Source: a virus
Taxonomy: Duplodnaviria; Caudoviricetes
Virus record (IMG/VR): IMGVR_UViG_3300023218_000017
Coordinates: 1-51,791 of that record
Reading direction: 5' to 3' (one strand)
DNA: 51,791 nt
The translations under genes were made by a program, and so were the position numbers. A model generated the notes under the pieces. The model saw only the letters and a list, made by a program, of their open reading frames with translations, made no database searches and was not told the origin of the DNA. Below are positions 44,990 to 51,791 of this stretch, piece by piece. Position 1 is the stretch's first letter. Each line of letters opens with the position of its first letter.

Positions 44990-46069
44990 CTAGACGTTCA
45001 GCTCCTTCCGTAGCTCCGCTTCCTGTTCCTCCAGGGAAAGTTCGTCGAAGTCCCGTGTGGGTTGATGAGCAGGCCCGTTGCCTCCGGCTCCGGGTGTCGT
45101 CGCGGCCTCGAGTTCGGCGTTGCGCTTTTCGAGTTCGCCTATCTTCTTCTCCAAATCCGGCACTCGTGCCGCCGTGTGTTCGGCTTTCACCAGGCGCGCG
45201 ACAGCGGCCGGGCCCTTCGGCAGATACATGGCGCCGGCCATCTCGCCGCGCAGAAGTTCACCCACCTTTTTGGCGACCGGGCTGTCCCTCTTTGTCAACT
45301 CGGGGATGTCCTTCTTAGCCTGTTCCCAAGCCTGGCGCTGCTCCTGGTTGAAGCGTGCCTGCTGCTCGGAGGTCAGTTGCTGGGTGGGGGAGGCTTGCGC
45401 CTGCCCTGGTGTTTCATCGGCGGGCTTTTCCGGCGCTTCCTTGGCCAGTTCTTCCGCGCTGGTGGCGAGTGCCCGCTTTTGGTCGGCTTCCTCGAACTTG
45501 CCCTCCTTTTCCAGCTGTTCGGCCTCGGCTTTCCAGTTCTTCGCCGCCGTCTCGTAGTCGGCTTTGGAGTACTGCTTGTCCTGCGCCTGCTGCTGTCCCT
45601 GCTCAGGCTTCTGGCGGCCCATGGAGGCCTCGCGCTGGTCAAGGATGCGCTGGCGCTCGGCGATCTGAGCCTTTTCCTGCTCGATCTTTTGCCATGCCCG
45701 CGCTTCGCGTTCTTTTCCCTCGCGCTTCGCCCGCTGATAGGGGGTTTCGTTCTCGGGCGGCTTATTGTCGCCGCCTTTGCCGTCGTCGGTCTCGGATCCG
45801 GATTTCGTTTCCGGTTCCTCGCCGCCCTTGGTTTCGGTTTTCGCACCGGCTTCGCTTTCGGAAGCACGAGTGCCGGATTCGGATTGTGATTGGCTGTCGG
45901 TTGTCGAGCCGTCTTCGGTTTTTCCGGCGGGGGCCTGATCTCCCGCTCCATGGCTTTCCAGGCCTTGTTCGGACTCGGCGGCTTCGTCGGCGGCGATTAG
46001 CGCGTCGATGTCATCCACGGTGTCGGATTCTTGCGGTGCCGTTTCCGGCTCTATGGTTGCGTTGATCAT
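44990..46069 (-). CDS. Capsid scaffolding protein
   Basis: Acidic low-complexity N-terminus, coiled coils, FDELSLEEQEAEL C-terminus; upstream of the capsid. Confidence 0.75.
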   Translation of the reverse strand: MINATIEPETAPQESDTVDDIDALIAADEAAESEQGLESHGAGDQAPAGKTEDGSTTDSQSQSESGTRASESEAGAKTETKGGEEPETKSGSETDDGKGGDNKPPENETPYQRAKREGKEREARAWQKIEQEKAQIAERQRILDQREASMGRQKPEQGQQQAQDKQYSKADYETAAKNWKAEAEQLEKEGKFEEADQKRALATSAEELAKEAPEKPADETPGQAQASPTQQLTSEQQARFNQEQRQAWEQAKKDIPELTKRDSPVAKKVGELLRGEMAGAMYLPKGPAAVARLVKAEHTAARVPDLEKKIGELEKRNAELEAATTPGAGGNGPAHQPTRDFDELSLEEQEAELRKELNV

Positions 46070-46075
46070 ACTGGG

Positions 46076-46429
46076 TTACGGGGTATGGCGTTGCGCGAAG
46101 TCTTCGGCCCCGTCCGAAGGCTTCCCGTTGTCGTCGGATTCGATCCCGACATGCGAGAGTTGGTAGAACCAGGCGAACGCGCCGCGCTGGCCGGCCGCGA
46201 AGCCGCAGGTAAAAGTGCGTCGCTTGCCCGGTGCCAGCACCGCGCCGCTGTTGCTGCCCTGCTCCCGGTGGCGCATGATCTCCATCAGCTTACGTCCGCT
46301 CGGCGTGTGGAAGTAGCGCCGCAGGACCTCCGCGTCTGCTTCGGTCCATTCCGGCTCCAGGCGGCTGCACAGTGGCCACTGGCGCGAGAATAGCAGCATC
46401 AGGCGGATGCGGTGGAATAAGCGTTTCAT
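46076..46429 (-). CDS. Small protein between portal and scaffold
   Basis: WT..DA..L..YF.TPSGRKL pattern; overlaps the portal stop. Confidence 0.65.
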   Translation of the reverse strand: MKRLFHRIRLMLLFSRQWPLCSRLEPEWTEADAEVLRRYFHTPSGRKLMEIMRHREQGSNSGAVLAPGKRRTFTCGFAAGQRGAFAWFYQLSHVGIESDDNGKPSDGAEDFAQRHTP

Positions 46430-48285
46430 CCGGCGGCGGTCTCCTGGGATTGGGATTGCGGTTGTTGAGACTGGGGTTGCTGCGATTGCTGGGGTTGCAT
46501 CATCTGCTCCAGCACACGCTCGACTTCCTTCGCCGCGCTGGCGTCCTGCTCGCGGAGGAATTGCAAATGCATCTGTATGTGCTCGAAGATCCGCTGTTGG
46601 GCGATCGGGTCGACCGGCTGGCCCGTCGCGCCCAGCTGCTGGAGCTTACCGATAATGATCTTCAGCCGCAGCAGGTGGTTCTCGTTCGGCATGGCCTGTG
46701 CCGGGTAGCCGTGCATGAGTAGGCTGGTGATTTCCATGGCCTCGTCTTCGGCCTCGCGCGCTTCGGTCAAGCCGCTCGGGATAAACAGGCGCTTCACCAG
46801 GCTGGCGTCTTCGGCTTCCAGCTCCATCTTCACCAACTCCTCTTGGTTCACGTTCGGATGGTTGGCGTAGGCGGTGCGCCGCTGCCGGGCCTGCTGGATC
46901 CGCCGCTCGCGGTTCCACATGTCGGGCGATCCGCTGGGGCGGATCAAATAGGCCTGGTGGAGCGCGTCCGGTTTCAGCTCCTTCGGTTCGTCGCCGACCA
47001 TGTAGGCCAGCGGCCCGTCCTTCTTCGTGTAGGCCACCAGCAGCGCCCAGCAAAGCGTGTAGAAATGCGCCATGCGATTGCGGAAGATCCCGCCACGCAT
47101 CTCGATTCCCTGCCCCATCAGCGCCCGGAGCGTGTTGACCTCGGTCGCGGTCTTGCTGTCGTCCGTGTTCAGCGGGCTGCCGATACCCACGTCCGGCATG
47201 GTGATCAATTGCTCCGCGGTCAGGCGCGTATTGATCATTTCCTGGTCCAGAGAAGCCGGCGGATTACCCATGTCGACCTTCTGCAGCCCGTCCGGCAACA
47301 CTTCGCCCGGCTGGATACGGCTCTTGCCGAGATTCGTCCCGTCGCGCAGACCGGTGAAGAGCGGCTTGCTGGAGTAGTCCAGGTGGTCGTTCTTCGCGTT
47401 CCAGGTCTTGCACAGCGCCGCCTCGAACGGAGCGAGCCGTTCCGCCACACCGCGCGGGCTATACCAGCCCTTGTCCTTCACTTCGAAAGGGAAGTCGACG
47501 AACGGGGCCAGCACCTTGTCCTGCCACTTCGTGGTCAGCGCATAGGCCGCCCGGATCTGCTCGCGCGGATGCTCCGGCGCGTATTCGTATACCGTGTAGC
47601 CGGTGGCCGTTTTGTAGTAAGCTTCCCAAAGGATGATCTGGTTCTTGTCTCGGGTGTAGGTTAGGCCCTCCCGGCGCTTTTTCTCGTCGTCCAGCGTGTC
47701 GCCCGCCATGTCGGTCCCGCCCTGGATCTTCTTCACCAGTGTCGGGTCCTGGTTGTAACGGCGCTCGCGCTTGTATTGCGCGACGGTCAGGTGCTTCACG
47801 TGCACGAACCAGTCCGCGTCGTCGATGCCGTTCGCGCTCGACGGCACAACGAAATAGAGCGGATCGACCGCCTCGATTTTCAGCTTCCTTTCAATCGGGC
47901 AGTAGCGCGCCTTCAGGATGCCGCGGAACCGCTGGAGCATGTAGTCGATCATGCTCGGCAATTCCTCGATGAAGTCCGTTTCCTCGGTCAGCGTGTAGTC
48001 GAACCACTCGCCCGCCTCCATCGCGCTAGGTCCGCCCGCGTCCTTCGCCTTGCTTACAAAGCTGGCCAGATTGTGCCCCTGGAAGACCTGATTGTAGTAG
48101 AACGGCTTCAGCTTCTCGATGCTCGTGTCGATCAACGGAAAGTGCAGGTCGGCCGCTCCCGAATACGGCTTGTTCTTCCGGCGCAGGCCGTCGTGCCGCA
48201 TGGTGTAGAAGATTTCCTGCTTCTTCTCCCAGCTGTCGCGGTCCGTCAGCGCGTCGAGGATTTCGTCATGTATCGGGCAGGCCAT
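46426..48285 (-). CDS. Portal protein (unrelated in sequence to the left portal; P22/N4-like)
   Basis: 619 aa after terL; KPYSGAADLH.P, WYSPRGV.E, KTATEV motifs; Gln-rich tail. Confidence 0.8.
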   Translation of the reverse strand: MACPIHDEILDALTDRDSWEKKQEIFYTMRHDGLRRKNKPYSGAADLHFPLIDTSIEKLKPFYYNQVFQGHNLASFVSKAKDAGGPSAMEAGEWFDYTLTEETDFIEELPSMIDYMLQRFRGILKARYCPIERKLKIEAVDPLYFVVPSSANGIDDADWFVHVKHLTVAQYKRERRYNQDPTLVKKIQGGTDMAGDTLDDEKKRREGLTYTRDKNQIILWEAYYKTATGYTVYEYAPEHPREQIRAAYALTTKWQDKVLAPFVDFPFEVKDKGWYSPRGVAERLAPFEAALCKTWNAKNDHLDYSSKPLFTGLRDGTNLGKSRIQPGEVLPDGLQKVDMGNPPASLDQEMINTRLTAEQLITMPDVGIGSPLNTDDSKTATEVNTLRALMGQGIEMRGGIFRNRMAHFYTLCWALLVAYTKKDGPLAYMVGDEPKELKPDALHQAYLIRPSGSPDMWNRERRIQQARQRRTAYANHPNVNQEELVKMELEAEDASLVKRLFIPSGLTEAREAEDEAMEITSLLMHGYPAQAMPNENHLLRLKIIIGKLQQLGATGQPVDPIAQQRIFEHIQMHLQFLREQDASAAKEVERVLEQMMQPQQSQQPQSQQPQSQSQETAAG

Positions 48286-48292
48286 CGGTCGA

Positions 48293-49723
48293 TCAGCCGG
48301 CGTAGAAGCCGGCGCAAAGTTCCTGTTCGTCTTGCTCTTCCTTCCACTCGGTCACCGGGCGGATGGATTTGCTGTTCTCGGTGAGGTTCACGCGCTCGGG
48401 CGTGGGAGCCATGAGGCTGCCCAGCACCGCGTCCGCTCGGTCCGGGCTCGGCAGGCCGTCGGCCTTCATCTTTTTTTTGCTCTGCACCTTGAGCGCCCCG
48501 TCGCTGGTCCGGTCATCCCACAGCCGCGTGGTCAACTGCCCGATCAGGTCGTCATCGTTCGGCAGGATGATTTCTCGATCGGCGATTACCTTCGCACCGC
48601 GGCCCCACAGCTCACTGATCAAATCCTTGTAGGCGCGCGGGTCGCTGGCTTTCGCTCCGTTCTCGATCCGGCGGATCGGCCATCCCAGCTCATGCAGCCG
48701 GTCGATAATCGGCTTACCCAGCCCGCTGTTGTCCCCGCTGATCTCGTCCGCATCAAGGCCCAGCTTGCGGAATTGCCGGATCAGCTCACCGCACGCCGCC
48801 ATCGTATTGCGCTCGCGCCAGCATTTGACGAGATGCACCTGATTACCATCACGGAATGCCAACACATTTTCGTCCCCACCTGCGGCGAAGTCGACAAACG
48901 CGTGCCGGTCGCCCGGCTGGAATTGCGGCGGATGCGCCAGGCACAGTTCGAGCGACGCGCTGTCGATGACGTTCCCCGCGTCCGGATCCGGCGCAAACTC
49001 GCCATACACGGAGCTACGCACGAACGGATGATCCTCGCCCCACTTTTTGATGATATTGCCGATCTTCTCCCGGTCCAGGTGCGGACAGTCTTCCAGCCCC
49101 ACCGCATGGGTACGGTAGAGCGCCCGGTTCTTGTTGAAGCTCCAGTAAAAATCCCCCGTGGATCCGCCGGGGCTGCTCATCAGCAGCGTACGCGTCGGAC
49201 GGCAACGGTCGATTGCGCTGTAGATCGCCTGCTTCACGCTCTTCGCTTCGTCCACCAGCACAAACAGAGGCGGCGTTTCCATAATCGCCTTACCCTGCTC
49301 GTCCTCTCCGATCTTGATCTGAGGCAGATCGTGGAAGCCCTCGAATCGGCCCGGATCGTCCGTCGAAAACGCCACGAACATGCTACCGTTCGGAGCCTGG
49401 ATGCTCGTCTCGCGAAACTCCCATCCCCGGAACGCCGGGTTGTTGCTCTGCCGGCGAAGCGCCGGCATCAGCTGGTATTTCACCTGGCGAAACGATCCCG
49501 ACGTGGCCACCGTTACGCTGCCCGGATACACCATCATGTGCCACAGGATCGCCACCACCGCGACGTGCGTCGTTTTCCCCGCCTCATTCGGGCATCTCAG
49601 CGAAACCTGTCCCGGTCCCTCCAGGTCGAACAGCACGGCCGCTTGCCAGTTGTAGGTCGGGATTCCCAACACCAGATCGGCAAAGCCCACGGGCGATGCG
49701 GCTATCGGATCAATTTCGACCAT
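48293..49723 (-). CDS. terL: Terminase large subunit
   Basis: Walker A RCPNEAGKTT, Walker B VLVDEA, MSSP, FVDFAAGGDE, SPDRADA; GGAGG RBS before ATG 49723. Confidence 0.9.
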   Translation of the reverse strand: MVEIDPIAASPVGFADLVLGIPTYNWQAAVLFDLEGPGQVSLRCPNEAGKTTHVAVVAILWHMMVYPGSVTVATSGSFRQVKYQLMPALRRQSNNPAFRGWEFRETSIQAPNGSMFVAFSTDDPGRFEGFHDLPQIKIGEDEQGKAIMETPPLFVLVDEAKSVKQAIYSAIDRCRPTRTLLMSSPGGSTGDFYWSFNKNRALYRTHAVGLEDCPHLDREKIGNIIKKWGEDHPFVRSSVYGEFAPDPDAGNVIDSASLELCLAHPPQFQPGDRHAFVDFAAGGDENVLAFRDGNQVHLVKCWRERNTMAACGELIRQFRKLGLDADEISGDNSGLGKPIIDRLHELGWPIRRIENGAKASDPRAYKDLISELWGRGAKVIADREIILPNDDDLIGQLTTRLWDDRTSDGALKVQSKKKMKADGLPSPDRADAVLGSLMAPTPERVNLTENSKSIRPVTEWKEEQDEQELCAGFYAG

Positions 49724-50501
49724 GCTGCGCCTCCCATTCCCGCCGTTTGACCGCAAAGGCCTCCGTGACTTCGTTTCCGGCGGTGTAGTGCACCACTTCG
49801 CCGCTCAGGTTCACGTTCAAGTTCAGCTTGCCCAGCAAACTGCCGAGTAAAGTATCCTCCTTCGTGGCAAGCGCGGCATACCGTCGCTCATCGGTTTGGG
49901 CCGCCGCCAGATCGCGCTCCGCCGTCTTGATCGCCTCCCGGTGCAGTTTACTGTCCTGCACGCCCTCGGCCATGCGCTCCTGCCGCTCCCGCTCCAAAAA
50001 TTCCACTTTCGCCTGCGCCTGCTCGATGGCTTCATGCGCCGACTTCGCCCGCTCGTGCCACATCACGCTGCGCTCGTAGACCCGGCCCACCAGCTTGTCC
50101 GCATCCTGGCTGACTTGTGACAGCGCCGCCTGGTAAATCCGAAATACCTTAGCCTTCCTTAGCGTTTTCGAGGCCCAGACGCCCGCCCCGTCCTTCTCGC
50201 CCTGGTACCCCGCCTCCAGCGCCGCCCGCGCCATCTGCCCGTGCTTCAGCAGATTGTTGACGAACTTCAGTTCCTTCGCACTCACGTCCGCAATGCCCGA
50301 TGGTAGGGATTCCGTTTTCACTCCCAGATTCGCGAACCCATCCAGCGCCAACTGCTGGCTCTGCTTCAATGCTGCGGTGGCGGTGCTCACACCACCTATA
50401 CGGGCAGGCCTGCGCCGTCCGTAAAAGTCTGTTTTTCTCCCCAGTTCTTCCCAGATCGTGCCAAACCGTGCCAAGGATCCACTTTTCATCCCGCCGCCCA
50501 T
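49710..50501 (-). CDS. terS: Terminase small subunit (start uncertain)
   Basis: SAKELKFV...RAALEAGY...ASKTLR HTH; overlaps terL. Confidence 0.72.
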   Translation of the reverse strand: MGGGMKSGSLARFGTIWEELGRKTDFYGRRRPARIGGVSTATAALKQSQQLALDGFANLGVKTESLPSGIADVSAKELKFVNNLLKHGQMARAALEAGYQGEKDGAGVWASKTLRKAKVFRIYQAALSQVSQDADKLVGRVYERSVMWHERAKSAHEAIEQAQAKVEFLERERQERMAEGVQDSKLHREAIKTAERDLAAAQTDERRYAALATKEDTLLGSLLGKLNLNVNLSGEVVHYTAGNEVTEAFAVKRREWEAQHGRN

Positions 50502-50524
50502 CGATCAGATATCCCTGAGTCGTC

Positions 50525-51337
50525 TCAATACTCATAGAAAAAATCGAAATCCCTGATAGCTGTCTCGTAAGCTTCAGATCTTCCGCGCACGTATGCGTCA
50601 TGTCTATCTCCCATCCGAAGCGACTCATCAGAACGAAGCTCTTTTTGGTAGCGCTTTACAGTGTCTAGTCGATCAACCAGTTGCTGCCTATAACCAGCCG
50701 GGTCAGGGCAATCCCTTGCCGCTCCGCCGTTCGTTACTTCGTCGTGCTTGTTTTCTTTTTGGTTTTGATAGTTCTCCTTTGGTTGTTTCGGGATTCCTGC
50801 TCTCCACGTCAGCTTCATGAAGACCATCCAGTGCGTCTTCGCGGTTTTCCCGCAGCGTTGGCCGAACAGCGGCCGCTCCGGTGTGAGCGCCAGGATCTGC
50901 GAGACCGGGATGTCCGATTCGTTCCACTTGAAGACGAGCGTCCCTTCGGGTTTCAGCACTCGGAAGCATTCCGCGAATCCCTTGCGAAGCTCCTCCTTCC
51001 AGTCGCCTTTTAGCGTCCCGTACTTGAGCCCGACCCACCCTTTTGCACCGTTACGGACGAAGTGCGGGGGATCGAAGCAGACGAGAGCGAAGCTCTCATC
51101 CTCGAATGGAAGCGCCGTGAAGTCGGCCACGATGTCCGGATTCACGATAAGCGTGCGCTTCCCGCCCTTGCTCGACTTGTCCTTCAGTTCGTGGGTCTCG
51201 CACCGCTTATCCAAGAAGATTGCCCGGTCATCGGACCGGTCGAACCAAAACATTCGAGACCCGCAGCATACATCGATCACCGGAGCTGAACCAGACGGAT
51301 CAGCCAATTCATTTCGTTCGTTCCTCACTTCATTCAT
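50525..51337 (-). CDS. SAM-dependent methyltransferase cassette gene, read through into the next cassette
   Basis: VIDVCCGSRMFW and FDPPH motifs; homolog of 1649-2413; starts inside attC R2. Confidence 0.85.
   Translation of the reverse strand: MNEVRNERNELADPSGSAPVIDVCCGSRMFWFDRSDDRAIFLDKRCETHELKDKSSKGGKRTLIVNPDIVADFTALPFEDESFALVCFDPPHFVRNGAKGWVGLKYGTLKGDWKEELRKGFAECFRVLKPEGTLVFKWNESDIPVSQILALTPERPLFGQRCGKTAKTHWMVFMKLTWRAGIPKQPKENYQNQKENKHDEVTNGGAARDCPDPAGYRQQLVDRLDTVKRYQKELRSDESLRMGDRHDAYVRGRSEAYETAIRDFDFFYEY
50688..50813 (+). mobile_element. attC-like site R1 (degenerate R' core)
   Basis: CTATAAC-cagcc-GGGTCAGG-gc-aatccc...gggatt-CCTGCTC-tccac-GTCAGC; paralog of R3. Confidence 0.7.
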
Positions 51338-51357
51338 GGCTGTCCTCGTTGTTATCA
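51285..51357 (+). mobile_element. attC-like site R2
   Basis: GCTGAAC-cagac-GGATCAGC-ca-a...tg-GCTGTCC-tcgtt-GTTATCA; loop related to L3 and L4. Confidence 0.85.
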
Positions 51358-51627
51358 AAATTTTCCTCCCATTGCCTTGTAGGTTTTTTTAACCTCGTTG
51401 GTCCACGGGAGATAGCAGCCGGAAAAATCTCCTGTGTGCTTGTGTGCAAACCTCTTCCCGCACCGCTCGCACCGCACCAAGTCAGCGTTCCGTGAAAGCT
51501 CCTGCTCAATTCTGAAGTCACAACCCCCGAGTCGACACCTTGACCAGATAACCAGCCGAGTCAGGAAATCCCTTACCTCGCCGCCGTTTGTTGCTTCGTC
51601 GTGTTTGTTTTCTTCGTTGGTCTTCAT
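51355..51627 (-). CDS. Small Cys-rich (Zn-ribbon-like) cassette protein
   Basis: AAAGGAG RBS and ATG inside attC R3; CRLGGC...CERCGK. Confidence 0.7.
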   Translation of the reverse strand: MKTNEENKHDEATNGGEVRDFLTRLVIWSRCRLGGCDFRIEQELSRNADLVRCERCGKRFAHKHTGDFSGCYLPWTNEVKKTYKAMGGKF

Positions 51628-51672
51628 AAGTCTCCTTTGGTTGCTTCGGGATTCCTGCTCTCATTGTTCTCC
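51546..51672 (+). mobile_element. attC-like site R3
   Basis: AGATAAC-cagcc-GAGTCAGG-a-aatccc...gggatt-CCTGCTC-tcatt-GTTCTCC. Confidence 0.85.
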
Positions 51673-51791
51673 AATGAATCCAAATAAGCTTGTTCTACGG
51701 GTTGCCAATTACCGCTCGGGTATCGGTCTTTATGGCGATCCCGAAAGTCTTGCCATGCTTGCTTGCATTCGTCGTAGGAAAATCCCCAAGT
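51666..51791. repeat. 126-bp perfect inverted repeat, copy 2 (runs to the window end); 3' part of the shared cassette gene on the - strand
   Basis: Reverse complement is identical to 2675-2800. Confidence 0.95.

Noticed and set aside
51666-51791. 126-bp inverted repeat as a terminal inverted repeat or invertible-segment end
   Set aside because: The left copy is inside a gene within an operon and identity stops exactly at a cassette core. Not fully excluded until sequence beyond the window is seen.
1-51791. Integrase (IntI or phage), replication genes, rRNA, host taxonomy
   Set aside because: No tyrosine/serine recombinase, polymerase, helicase or rRNA signature recognised; the host cannot be assigned reliably from this sequence alone.

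Overview
GC-rich phage/prophage DNA with two different, apparently complete podovirus-type morphogenesis modules transcribed towards each other and meeting at about 24.7-24.8 kb. The left module (+ strand, 1-24.7 kb) has a T4 gp55-like late sigma factor, TerS, PBSX-type TerL, T7/BPP-1-type portal, scaffold, capsid, adaptor, nozzle, three ejection proteins, a LamG fibre and lysis-type membrane genes. The right module (- strand, 24.8-51.8 kb) has TerS, TerL, a different portal, scaffold, N4-gp56-type capsid, a beta-helix spike, lysis-type genes, adaptor, nozzle, ejection proteins and a 2380-aa polyvalent protein. A degenerate tRNA 3'-end/att-like sequence lies at the junction. The best candidate for an undescribed system is a short array of small genes next to the terminase genes of both modules, separated by elements with integron attC geometry. 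The ORFs run antisense to the canonical attC orientation, so each attC sits 5' of its gene and supplies the RBS and start codon. Cassette ends are mutually complementary 7-mers, and one cassette is shared between the two modules with identity ending exactly at the predicted crossover. Second highlight: the gp55-like sigma factor has a candidate cognate promoter, CGGCATATATA, found four times in the left module. No integrase, replication gene, clear endolysin, CRISPR array or reverse transcriptase was recognised. All family calls come from reading motifs by eye, not from database searches.
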